From positions 1 to 64,000 of the forward strand of contig JBDKFG010000022.1 in assembly GCA_039798785.1 (NCBI GenBank): a stretch of DNA of 64,000 bases. Direction: 5' to 3'. This stretch comes from Verrucomicrobiota bacterium. GTDB lineage: Bacteria > Verrucomicrobiota > Lentisphaeria > Lentisphaerales > Lentisphaeraceae. Every line of letters begins with the position of its first letter. The stretch's first letter is position 1. Below, in pieces: positions 9,232-18,746 of this stretch. The position numbers and the translations under genes were made by a program. Below the pieces are notes generated by a model. That model saw nothing but the letters and a program-made list of their open reading frames with translations, had not been told where the DNA came from and searched no databases.

Positions 9232-9783
9232 ATGGGCTGTCGCTGCCTCATTCTCGCACTTGTCCTGATCTTCTTCATCGGGATGGGAACGATCTTCTAC
9301 TTCATTTTCAATCTCAGCGCCCGCGGCTGGATGTGGCTGGGCATCGGCTTCCTTGCCTTCCTGGTGCTGATGAAACTCTTCGGCCTTTACCTTCGCGGCC
9401 TGCCCTTGCGCCTCAAGGGAAGAGTGCTCCGCGGCGCCCAGCTGCGTTGCCGTTCGATCCGCCTCGCCGACACCATCTTCGACCAGGACGGCAAGGCCGA
9501 ATACCGCTACGAAGTCGACGTCGATGTCGTCCCGCTCAGTCTGCGCCGTCGCAGCCACCTCTGGGAACCGAGCTCCTTGCGGCCCGCCCCCCTTCGCGGC
9601 TCGATCCGCCAGCCCGACTTCGGCAAGCTCGACAAGGCAATGATCCGGGTCGGCGACGACTGGATCGAAGACAAGCTCGGCAACTGCCAGGGCCCGCAAC
9701 GCCTCCTCCTCAGCTTCACCCTCAGCGAAAAAGCCGACAAGTTCCGTCTCGCATATTACGCCGAAGACCTCGGCCCGCTGTAA
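9232..9783 (+). CDS. Hypothetical membrane protein (2 N-terminal TM helices)
   Basis: RBS AGGA before ATG 9232; host-like codon usage. Confidence 0.75.
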   Translation: MGCRCLILALVLIFFIGMGTIFYFIFNLSARGWMWLGIGFLAFLVLMKLFGLYLRGLPLRLKGRVLRGAQLRCRSIRLADTIFDQDGKAEYRYEVDVDVVPLSLRRRSHLWEPSSLRPAPLRGSIRQPDFGKLDKAMIRVGDDWIEDKLGNCQGPQRLLLSFTLSEKADKFRLAYYAEDLGPL

Positions 9784-9813
9784 AGAACCAAAAACTCCTC
9801 AGAAATCGTTTCC

Positions 9814-10275
9814 ATGAGCAAAAACAAAGCCTCGCGAGAAAAAGAACTGAAAGCCCGAAGGAAGGCACAGGCTTCTGTAAGCTTGCAGCCCTTCCAAGCC
9901 TCCATCCTTCAAAAGAATCCGAAGGTGACCTTCGACCTCAATCCGTCTGTCCGGATGCCGGACGTTTTTGACGACTTCGCCGCTCCTTTCTATCGCAGTG
10001 TGGAGACGGATCTCAAAGAAGTGAACAAGGTCTTCGGCTTAGCCATGGTGGCCTGGAATCTCAGTCTCACCGATGGCGAATTGAGCGACCAACTTGCGCT
10101 CGATCTCTTTCAGGACTTGCCCCAAGATCAATTCCGCATCGTCATCCCCATCCTGCGCGACATGATCGCGCATAAGCAGGCGCACTTCCGCCATGTCTCT
10201 CGTCTGATCACCAAATTCAACTTCGATGGCCAGAAGCTTCAGGTTGCTCATCACGAGTATGAGCTGACGAAGTAG
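9814..10275 (+). CDS. Hypothetical protein
   Basis: 153-aa ORF with protein-like composition (LAMVAWNLSL). Confidence 0.7.
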   Translation: MSKNKASREKELKARRKAQASVSLQPFQASILQKNPKVTFDLNPSVRMPDVFDDFAAPFYRSVETDLKEVNKVFGLAMVAWNLSLTDGELSDQLALDLFQDLPQDQFRIVIPILRDMIAHKQAHFRHVSRLITKFNFDGQKLQVAHHEYELTK

Positions 10276-10323
10276 TGATGTGTCACCAGCGGGTCGCCGC
10301 TCCCAGCTCACCAAGGATAAAAA

Positions 10324-10779
10324 ATGGCTATGATTAGCTACGGATCTACAAGGTGCCCTCTCTGTGATCAAATTATCGCGTGGGGGGATGCGATCTTCGC
10401 AACCTCCCACTTTATTGGGCGTGATGAACATCCATTGTGGCGCTACAGCGATGCAGCTATGCACTGGGCCTGTTATGCCCAATGGGAGCACCAAGCGGAA
10501 TTCGCAAGTCTTCATTTTGATATTTGCCTTAAGAGCCGTTATAAGGAGGCGCTCTTCAGTTCCAATGAACTCGTGGTCTACTACACTCCGTACATGGATG
10601 AAGTCTCTGTGAATCTGAGGAGGACTGGCACAGAGAAAACCATTAAGCGAAAAAAATGGATGCATTGGATGGCTGGTGATTGGTACAAGGATTGTCGTCA
10701 TCAACTGGAAATCACCACAATCCGTGAACTACTGCCACAGCTGAGTCGTGTTATACTCCCAGCACCCTCTCTCCCTTAG
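10324..10779 (+). CDS. Hypothetical protein with CxxC...HxxC motif, AT-richer
   Basis: RBS AAGGA; CPLC and DAAMHWAC motifs. Confidence 0.7.
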   Translation: MAMISYGSTRCPLCDQIIAWGDAIFATSHFIGRDEHPLWRYSDAAMHWACYAQWEHQAEFASLHFDICLKSRYKEALFSSNELVVYYTPYMDEVSVNLRRTGTEKTIKRKKWMHWMAGDWYKDCRHQLEITTIRELLPQLSRVILPAPSLP

Positions 10780-10791
10780 CGGCGAAACTCA

Positions 10792-10818
10792 AACCGGCTG
10801 GCAGCCGGCGCTCCCAGG
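10792..10818 (-). repeat. GGAG-type REP-like palindrome (identical copy at 53083-53109)
   Basis: AACCGGCTGGCAGCCGGCGCTCCCAGG, 27/27 identical to 53083-53109. Confidence 0.85.
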
Positions 10819-10897
10819 AAAGCAACTCGAGCAGGATGCTCGAGCCACGTTGAACTCACCCTCACTCCCTCACTCCCCCAACTCCCTCGGTCCCCCC

Positions 10898-13800
10898 ATG
10901 AAACCACGCCTCTTCCTCATCGACTCGATGGCCTACATCTTCCGCGCCTTCTACGCCATCCCCTCTAACATGCACGCTCAGGACGGCACGCCCTCCAACG
11001 CCGCCTTCGGCTTCATCAAGGCGATTGAGAAGATCCTCAAGGACTTCAAGCCCACCCACATCGCCGCGGTGATGGACACCGGCTCCAAGACCTTCCGCAA
11101 CGAGATGTACCCCGAGTACAAGGCCAACCGCAAGGAATGCCCCGAGGACCTGAAGCCGCAATTCGAGCTGATCCAGACCTACCTCAAGCTGCGCGGCATC
11201 CCGGTCATCTCCCTCGCCAACTACGAAGCCGACGACGTCATCGGCACCCTCGCCAAACGCGCCACCGCCAGCGGCATGGAAAGTGTCATCTGCACCGGCG
11301 ACAAAGACCTGATGCAGCTCGTCGACGACTCGACCTTCATCTGCCAGACCCACAAGGAAAACCTCTGGGTCGATGCCCCGATGGTGAAGGAATTGATGGG
11401 CGTGCGCCCCGATCAGATCATCGACTTCCTCGCCATCACCGGAGACAGCTCCGACAACGTCCCGGGTCTGCCCGGCCTCGGCGAGAAGTCGGCCATCGCC
11501 CTGCTCGAGCAGTTCGGCACGCTCGAGGAGATGCTCGCCCATCCCGAACAAATCACCAAGAAAAAACAGCAGGAGACGGTGCGCGAGAAGGCCGATCTCG
11601 CCCGCCTGTCGAAGACCTTGGTCAGCCTCAGCAATGACCTGCCGCTGCCGCTCACTCCCGCCGAACTGGTTCCCGGGGAAGCCGATTTCGACGCCCTCCG
11701 GACCTGGTACGGCTCGATGAACTTCCGCGCCATTCTTAACGACCTAGACAAGATGCTCGCCCGCCAGGGAACCTTCGACTTTGCGGCCCCCGCAAAAGCT
11801 GGCGCGCCGCGTCCCGTCCTCGCGCCCCTGCCCGAGGCGATTGCGGCCGCAGCGAATTGTCTGCTCCGCATCGATGCCTTCGCCGCCAGCCCGCACCAGC
11901 ACGAACTCCTTCATCTCGAAGTGCTGCTCGATGGCGTCGCCCGCGACCTTCTCGACGGCGATGAAAAACTCAGCGGCCTCGAACGCCTCAAGGCCAAACG
12001 CGGCCTCCTCAAGGATAAAACCGTCACGCTCGAAAACGCCTCCAAACATCTCGATTTCCCCGGCCTCTGCGCCGCCTGGTTGACCCAAGCGCCGGAGCTC
12101 CCCGCCGAGCAACTCGAGCTCTTCGACAAGATGGAATTCGACGCCCTGCTGAAACTCCGCATCAGCGACATCAGCTCCGAGACCGTCGACTACCGCATCG
12201 TCCGCAGCCGCGACGAACTTGATGCCCTGATCGCCGCCATCCGCGCCAAGGGCGGCGCCTGCTTCGACACCGAAACCACCGGCCTGCGTCCCTTCGAATG
12301 CAGCCTCGTCGGCCTCGGCTTCGCCATGACGCCCGGCCAGGCCTTCTACGTTCCCTTGCCCAACGCCAAGGCGCGTGTCGTCGAAATGGACCTCTTTTCT
12401 TCACTCGCGCCGCAGGAAGAAGGTTTCGCCTTCCAGCTCAGCCGCGAGGAAATCCTCGCCGCCGTCAAGCCGGTCTTTGCGGACCCCGCACTCGCCTTCT
12501 GCGGCCAGAACGTCAAGTACGACCTCGAAGTCCTGATCAGCCACGGCATCCGCGTCGCCAAGGTCGATTTCGACACTCTCGTCGCCTCACAAGTCCTGCA
12601 CCCCTCGCGCTTCGCCCACGACCTCGATTCCCAGGCGCTCTTCGCCTTCAACTACCGCAAGATCGCCACCGACGAGCTGCTCAAGTCGGGACGCAAGACC
12701 CTGACCATGGACCAGGTGCCGGTCGAGCAGGTCGCCCGCTACTGCTGCGAGGACGTCGACTTCGCCCTGCGCCTCCGTCGCGAGCACGAGGCCGAGCTCG
12801 AGCGCCAGAACCTGAGCCAGCTCTACCGCGAGCTCGAGCTGCCCTTGATCCCCATCCTCACCGCGATGGAGGAGAAAGGCATCCTCCTCGACCCCCTCGC
12901 CCTGCGCGAGCTCGGCGTCACCTTCCAGACCGAGATCGCCGAAGTCGAGAAGCGCATCCACGAGCTCGCCGGCGAAGCCTTCAACGTCGGCTCGCCCAAG
13001 CAGGTCTCTGAAGTCCTCTTCGGCAAGATGGGCCTCAAGGGCGGCAAGAAGACCTCTACCGGCTGGTCGACCGACGCCTCGGTGCTCGAGACCCTCGCCG
13101 AAGAACACGAGATCGCCAAGCAGCTCCTCCGTCACCGCAGCCTGAGCAAGCTCAAGGGCACCTACGTCGACTCGCTCCCCGGCGAGCTCAACCCCAAGGA
13201 CGGACGCGTCCACACCAGCTTCTCGCAGGCCGGCGCCGCCACCGGACGCCTCTCCTCGTCGAACCCCAACCTGCAGAACATCCCCACCCGCAGCAAGGAG
13301 GGCAAGCTGATCCGCAGCGCCTTCATCGCCGCTCCCGGCTGCGTCTTCCTCTCCTGCGACTACTCGCAGATCGAATTGCGCCTGATGGCCGAGCTGGCCC
13401 AGGACCCCGGCCTGCTTGAGGCCTTCGCCAGCGGCCAGGACGTGCACACCCGCACTGCTGCCCTGGTCTTCGGCGTCGAGCCCGACGCGGTGACCAAGGA
13501 GCAGCGCTACGCCGCCAAGGCGGTCAACTTCGGCATCATCTACGGCCAAGGCGCCTACGGCCTCGCCAAGGAGATCGGCGTCACCCCGGTCGAAGCGAAG
13601 AAGTTCATCAGCGCCTACTTCAAGCGCTACCCCAAGGTGCAGAGCTACATGCAGCAGGCCGCCGCCGACGCCTCCCGCGACGGCTATTCGAAGACCCTCT
13701 TCGGCCGACGCCGCAGCATCCCCGAGCTGCGCCACAGCTCCGCCGCCCTGCGCAACGCCGCCGAGCGCATCGCCGTCAACTCGCCGATCCAGGGCTCCGC

Positions 13801-14035
13801 CGCCGACCTGATCAAGCTCGCCATGATCGCCGTCGACCGCGAACTCAAAGTCCGCGGCCTCGCCTCGCGCCTGCTGCTGCAGATCCACGACGAACTCCTC
13901 TTCGAAGTGCCCGAGGCCGAGCTCGACCTGATGAAAGAGATCATCCCCCCCCTGATGGCCACCGCTGCCCCGCAACTCAAGGTGCCGATCAAAGTCGACA
14001 CCGCACTCGGCAAGCGCTGGAGCGACTGCGACTGA
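10898..14035 (+). CDS. polA: DNA polymerase I with an internal insertion
   Basis: LIDSMAYIFRAFYA 5'-3' exonuclease, FDTETTG 3'-5' exonuclease, TGRLSSSNPNLQNIP, DYSQIELR, AKAVNFGIIYG, LQIHDEL. Confidence 0.97.
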   Translation: MKPRLFLIDSMAYIFRAFYAIPSNMHAQDGTPSNAAFGFIKAIEKILKDFKPTHIAAVMDTGSKTFRNEMYPEYKANRKECPEDLKPQFELIQTYLKLRGIPVISLANYEADDVIGTLAKRATASGMESVICTGDKDLMQLVDDSTFICQTHKENLWVDAPMVKELMGVRPDQIIDFLAITGDSSDNVPGLPGLGEKSAIALLEQFGTLEEMLAHPEQITKKKQQETVREKADLARLSKTLVSLSNDLPLPLTPAELVPGEADFDALRTWYGSMNFRAILNDLDKMLARQGTFDFAAPAKAGAPRPVLAPLPEAIAAAANCLLRIDAFAASPHQHELLHLEVLLDGVARDLLDGDEKLSGLERLKAKRGLLKDKTVTLENASKHLDFPGLCAAWLTQAPELPAEQLELFDKMEFDALLKLRISDISSETVDYRIVRSRDELDALIAAIRAKGGACFDTETTGLRPFECSLVGLGFAMTPGQAFYVPLPNAKARVVEMDLFSSLAPQEEGFAFQLSREEILAAVKPVFADPALAFCGQNVKYDLEVLISHGIRVAKVDFDTLVASQVLHPSRFAHDLDSQALFAFNYRKIATDELLKSGRKTLTMDQVPVEQVARYCCEDVDFALRLRREHEAELERQNLSQLYRELELPLIPILTAMEEKGILLDPLALRELGVTFQTEIAEVEKRIHELAGEAFNVGSPKQVSEVLFGKMGLKGGKKTSTGWSTDASVLETLAEEHEIAKQLLRHRSLSKLKGTYVDSLPGELNPKDGRVHTSFSQAGAATGRLSSSNPNLQNIPTRSKEGKLIRSAFIAAPGCVFLSCDYSQIELRLMAELAQDPGLLEAFASGQDVHTRTAALVFGVEPDAVTKEQRYAAKAVNFGIIYGQGAYGLAKEIGVTPVEAKKFISAYFKRYPKVQSYMQQAAADASRDGYSKTLFGRRRSIPELRHSSAALRNAAERIAVNSPIQGSAADLIKLAMIAVDRELKVRGLASRLLLQIHDELLFEVPEAELDLMKEIIPPLMATAAPQLKVPIKVDTALGKRWSDCD

Positions 14036-14071
14036 GGCTTCTTAGGCCTAATCAATAATGTCGAGGACACG

Positions 14072-14398
14072 ATGCTACTTACCTGTCTATTCATCCTGCT
14101 TTTGGCAGGCCTTTTTCTTTGGCTGGAAGTCTTGTCACGACGCCATTCACGGCTCCAAATCGAAATCTTGTCGAATTTGGCGTGTCCAGCATGCAATCAA
14201 GCCTTTGGCCTGGATGCCGCGTTAAAAGCCAAAGATGAATACCTATCCATCTGTAATAAACGGCGCCTCGAGAGACCTGATCTTCGGATCAATTTCAGCA
14301 GAACCTGGAGAGTGAAATGCCCAAGTTGTAAAACTGAATCCAACTACCAATCCGGATCGATGAACTTACAAGATCATGTGGTCGAGTCACGTCCATAA
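14072..14398 (+). CDS. Small membrane-anchored Zn-ribbon protein
   Basis: RBS GAGGA; TM helix; CPAC...CPSC. Confidence 0.65.
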   Translation: MLLTCLFILLLAGLFLWLEVLSRRHSRLQIEILSNLACPACNQAFGLDAALKAKDEYLSICNKRRLERPDLRINFSRTWRVKCPSCKTESNYQSGSMNLQDHVVESRP

Positions 14399-14499
14399 AA
14401 GGCTGCTCCCCTGGGAGCCCCGGCCTCCGTGCCGGGTGGGTTCCCTTTGGACTGGGCTGTCAAAAGCGGCCCTTCAGGCTGAAGGGCAAAGACAAAGCT

Positions 14500-14871
14500 A
14501 TGAATGCAGAGCAATCGTCACAAGGTCACCGAGTCACAAGGTCACGGGTTTTGTTTTATACCCTTGCTGCAATCATGCTGACGGCAGCGGCAGCAATGGT
14601 CATCTATCTCCTCCTCAATCACCCTACCAAACAAGCGACCAAGGAGTTGGAATTCCTGATTGCAGCCAAAGGCGCGGGAGTCAACGTCGAGAGGTGGCAC
14701 ATCGACCCCAAGGACAGGAAGAAGGCACTGAACAAAGAGGGCCAAGCCGTTTTCGGGGCTGAGATCAGTGTTGGCAGCAAGAGATTTTTACTCTATTTCA
14801 ATCGCAGCGAAGGGTTCTTTCAGGAAATGGCTCTGAGAAGTTCCTCGATCGGGACTATCGAGCCAAATTGA
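14500..14871 (+). CDS. Hypothetical membrane-anchored protein
   Basis: TM helix. The 5' end contains 8-mer GTCACAAG repeats, so the start is uncertain. Confidence 0.55.
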   Translation: MNAEQSSQGHRVTRSRVLFYTLAAIMLTAAAAMVIYLLLNHPTKQATKELEFLIAAKGAGVNVERWHIDPKDRKKALNKEGQAVFGAEISVGSKRFLLYFNRSEGFFQEMALRSSSIGTIEPN

Positions 14872-14986
14872 GATGCAACCCCAGTGGTCCCCATCAATCT
14901 CCTTATCCTTAAGACAATCTTCGAGGCAAGCCCCCTTCCGGCAGGTCTGAACTTGTAAAGATGACGACTCCACATTGAGCCATTCT

Positions 14987-16108
14987 TCACTTGCTGATGC
15001 CGAAGCCCATTTCCTTCAGTGCCGATGCAGCTGGGGAGCCGGCTGGTAAAAGCACTTGGTGGGCGGCGAATTCACGTCGGGGAGGATAGGCGCCGCGAAG
15101 CGCCTCAAAACTGGCGGGATCGGCGCGTAGACGGGCATCGTCCTCTGCGATGTCGTAGGTCGCCAGAACAGCGTGGCAGATGATGTCGATTGGATCGCGC
15201 AATTCCCGCAAGTCGATGATCGGGGTTTTCGGCGCCGGGACTTGACGTGGTGACCAGTCCGCCAATTCATCGATGCCGAAATGACGAGCCAAAGCCTGCA
15301 CACTCATCGCCGTGCCTTTGGCTTTGCCGTCGACCGAATAACCGGCGATATGGGGAGTGGCAAAAGCCGCCGCCGCGAGGCTTTCGGAGTCGATGACGGG
15401 CTCAGGGTCCCAGACATCCAGAACCGCGGCGGAAAGGCCTTTTCCCAGGGCTTTCCGGAGGGCTGGCTCGACGATCACTTCGCCGCGGCAGGAATTGAAG
15501 ATGACGGCCCCGCTTTTCATCCGGGCGAAAACCGCATCATCGAAGAGGCCCAAGGTGCGATCGGGGCCGCTGCGTTCCAGAGGTACGTGCAGGGTGATGA
15601 AGTCGGAGCGCTTGAGGATCTGGTCGAAATCGACAAAGCCGGCCGGGCCTTCGGCGCGGGCCCGGGGCGGGTCATTGAGGAGGATTTCCATGCCAAGAGC
15701 CCGGGCCTTGACGGCGATGCGTTTTCCGACATTGCCGCAACCGACGATTCCGAGGGTCTTGCCTTGCCAGGAGAGGCCTCGATCGAGATGCAAACGAACC
15801 AGGGCGGAAGTGAACCATTGCGCCACCGATTCGGCGTTGCAGCCGGGCGCGGAAGTCCAGGCGAGCCCTTTCGCCTCGATGGCTGCGATGTCCAGGTGGT
15901 CAGTGCCGATGGTGGCGGTGGCGATGAATTTCAGGGTCGAATCTTGCAAAAGTCGAGCGTCGACCCGGGTGCGGGTCCGGGTGATCAAGGCGGAGGCCTC
16001 CTTGACTTCATCGGGACCGATCTTGGCGCCGGGGAGATAACGCACTTCGGCCCAGGGCTCCAGGACGCCGCGCAGGAAGGGGATTTTGTCGTCGGTCACG
16101 ATGATCAT
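14987..16108 (-). CDS. pdxB: 4-phosphoerythronate dehydrogenase
   Basis: IVTDDKIPFL, TATIGTDHLD, APGCNAESVA, GCGNVG, DVWDPEP, TPHIAGYSVDGK, FEALRGAYPPRREF. Confidence 0.92.
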   Translation of the reverse strand: MIIVTDDKIPFLRGVLEPWAEVRYLPGAKIGPDEVKEASALITRTRTRVDARLLQDSTLKFIATATIGTDHLDIAAIEAKGLAWTSAPGCNAESVAQWFTSALVRLHLDRGLSWQGKTLGIVGCGNVGKRIAVKARALGMEILLNDPPRARAEGPAGFVDFDQILKRSDFITLHVPLERSGPDRTLGLFDDAVFARMKSGAVIFNSCRGEVIVEPALRKALGKGLSAAVLDVWDPEPVIDSESLAAAAFATPHIAGYSVDGKAKGTAMSVQALARHFGIDELADWSPRQVPAPKTPIIDLRELRDPIDIICHAVLATYDIAEDDARLRADPASFEALRGAYPPRREFAAHQVLLPAGSPAASALKEMGFGISK

Positions 16109-17019
16109 TGATTTTCTCCGGATTTTGCGCTGGACGCGGTTGCTGTCGCGGCGGGAAGTTTCGATTTTCCCGAGAATAGCTCCGGGGCGCGGCTTTCGCC
16201 GCCGGAAAATGGGGCGTGACCGAGATTTCGCGGCAGTGTCCTGATCTTCGGGCTGGCAATGGATTCCCCCTCCCCTCCCCCCACCCTCGCTCTTTCCCTG
16301 TTTTTCGTCTTCAAATCCTGGATTATTCACGAGCCTTGAAGCGGATTTGCCACGGTCGCGGCGCGATGAAAAAAAGCGGCAACTCGAGGCAGGCGATGCA
16401 TCCCGTCAGCAACTTTCCGCCTCGTCAATCGGGAAGGTCCCGCCCCCATCCTTTCTCCCCTCCCCTCCCCTCCCCTGCGCCGGACATCTCATCTTAAGGC
16501 CCTCGGCCTCCCTTTTGGCGAAAGGTTTTCCTCTGCGGATCTTCTTCATATCTGCCATCCCCTCGCCGGCGGAGACTGGCGCAAGCTTTCCGGAGTCCCC
16601 TGGGAAGTGATTTTCCGCCATCTGCGCGATGTCATTTTTGCACCGGCGCAATCCGCACTTTTGCGAGCTCCGCTAGCAGCCCCGCTAGGGCTGGCGGGGC
16701 CTCGCCGATAGCGGCAAAACGTCGGCTTCGACCGGGCAGGAGCTTAGGGCGCGATCCCGCTCCCAGCCGAGGGATTTCGGGGGGGGGGTAAGCCGGGGTG
16801 GAAGGTCGACCAAACCCTTCCTGGGGCGAGGCACCCCCGGCGGCGATTCGGCCGCCCGAGGAGGATCGGACGGAACGTCCCGGCGGGGTGGGGCGAGGCC
16901 GAATTGAATCATCCAATTTCATCCAGACTTTCAAATTTTGAGGTCATCTTCAAAAAATTCATAACAACTTGAAATTAAGCTCAGATAAATTTCTCCAAAA
17001 AACAACTAGATCACTTGTA

Positions 17020-17061
17020 TTTCGTGGTTAGACCACTAAATTTCATGGTCAAACAACGAAA
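17020..17061. promoter_or_regulatory. Operator-like inverted repeat with two TGGT-N3-ACCA-type boxes
   Basis: TTTCGTGGTTAGACCA and TGGTCAAACAACGAAA are inverted at 14/16; boxes at 17025-17035 and 17046-17056. Confidence 0.55.
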
Positions 17062-17074
17062 ATTGGAGGTCCGA

Positions 17075-18508
17075 ATGCGTCTGCCGAGCAGCCTACCCCT
17101 GGAACTGATGGAAGACTTTCGCCGCGCCCGTACCCGCGGGGCGATCGCCGAAATGTTGAGTTTGCGCTTGGGTCGGATTTTGCCGGTGCCGGCCCTGGAG
17201 CTTTGCTGGGGCATGAGGGGGCGGGAGACGGTGGAAGTGGAGCTTTGCCGGCGGGGCGCGGCGAGGGAGCTGGTGAGCCGCGACCCGGGGACTTCGGCGA
17301 TGACGGAAATCCTCAGTTCCGAAGAGGCTTTTATCGCCACCGATTTCCGCGATGAAATGGAGGGTTTGTTTTTGGAAGAAAAGAAAGCGGCGGCGATGAA
17401 AGCCGCGCTTCTCATCCTGCTACCGCTTTTCGACCGGAAAGGAGTGAACGGCTTCCTCACGCTTTACTTCAGTGAAGCAGTCGATCCAGACAAGATCAGC
17501 CACTTCCTGGCACAGCTTTCGTCGATCCTCGGAGTGATGCTTTCCCGCGAGGATTTATTGCGCAAAACTGCTGCCGTGTCACGCCAGGGATGGAAAGGCT
17601 TGCTGGAACAGAACCGGTCACGCGAGGAGCAGTCTGACGAACGTGCCGACGGGACTGAGCTGGTGATGGAGAGTCAGGCGATGCAAAACCTGTGGAAAAA
17701 AGCCTTGCTGAATCGCAATAAAGCTCTCCTCGCGATCAAGGGTGCGGATGGTTCAGGCAAAAGCTTTCTGGCGCGGGCGTTGCACAAGAAATCGAGCCGT
17801 CGCCGCCGCTCTTTCCTGCGTCTCGAAGTGCCGGAAAGAGGGGTGTCGGACTTGACCCGGGATCTTCTCGGCGATGCAGCTGGAGAAGGTTTGAAAGCGT
17901 CGTTCGAGGCGGGCACTTTGGTGCTATCCCTGAGCCCCGGTTTGAGTCAGGAGGACCTTGCCTCGGCGGTGGAAATCGCCAGACGCTTCCTGAAGGAAAA
18001 ATCAGAAGTGACGGTGATCTTTACGGCATCTGCTGATGCGCTTTTCCCGGGCGACGTGGAGTGCCTGTCCATGCCCGCCTTGGAGCATCGACGCGACGAC
18101 CTCGCCTGGCTGGTCCGCAGCCTGGTTTCGGAGCAAGCGGGACGTCTGGGACTGGCGGTTCCTGAGGCCCGTCCGGAATTCATGAAAAGCCTCCTGAGAA
18201 GAGAGTGGAAGGGGCAGGTGGAAGAACTGAAATCCTGGCTGGAAAAATGCTTGATCGCCAGCGACGGCCGGATCTTGCGAGATCCGGAGGATGAGGTTTC
18301 TGACTTCGCTCCCGGCGGAAGAACCGGCCGTCCGCCTCGCACCTTGGAAGAGAGCGTCAAAAGCAAGATCCAGCAGGTCCTGAAAAGAAGCAAAGGCAAG
18401 GTCTATGGCGAAGATGGCGCCGCTGCCATGCTCGACATGAACCCGAGCACATTGCTGTCTAAAATGAAGAAGCTGGGCATCGATGCCGAGAAATTCCGAA
18501 AGAGCTAG
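17075..18508 (+). CDS. Degenerate FhlA/NtrC-like regulator (GAF-like, AAA+, Fis HTH)
   Basis: RBS GGAGG; Walker A GADGSGKS; PALEHRRDDL; WKGQVEEL; GKVYGEDGAAAMLDMNPSTLLSKMKKLGI. Confidence 0.8.
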   Translation: MRLPSSLPLELMEDFRRARTRGAIAEMLSLRLGRILPVPALELCWGMRGRETVEVELCRRGAARELVSRDPGTSAMTEILSSEEAFIATDFRDEMEGLFLEEKKAAAMKAALLILLPLFDRKGVNGFLTLYFSEAVDPDKISHFLAQLSSILGVMLSREDLLRKTAAVSRQGWKGLLEQNRSREEQSDERADGTELVMESQAMQNLWKKALLNRNKALLAIKGADGSGKSFLARALHKKSSRRRRSFLRLEVPERGVSDLTRDLLGDAAGEGLKASFEAGTLVLSLSPGLSQEDLASAVEIARRFLKEKSEVTVIFTASADALFPGDVECLSMPALEHRRDDLAWLVRSLVSEQAGRLGLAVPEARPEFMKSLLRREWKGQVEELKSWLEKCLIASDGRILRDPEDEVSDFAPGGRTGRPPRTLEESVKSKIQQVLKRSKGKVYGEDGAAAMLDMNPSTLLSKMKKLGIDAEKFRKS

Positions 18509-18746
18509 AAACAGGGGAGGGGAGGGGGTGGAAAAAACATCTTGAGTCACTATATTGAAGGTGGCAGGGAATGGAAAAAGATCAGATCAAATTCCTCAAG
18601 CCGGGAGGTCAGGAGCAGAAGAAATTCCTGCTACAGCAAGAAGCCACTGGACGGCGATCGTCGACAAGAAACTAAAGAAGACGATGGGGCATAAAGACAA
18701 TCCATTTTGAATCGACAAAAACTAAAATAATAAAAAAAATAAAATC

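Noticed and set aside
11755..12185. Intein in PolA
   Set aside because: No C/S start with an HN-C/S/T end, and no LAGLIDADG motifs.
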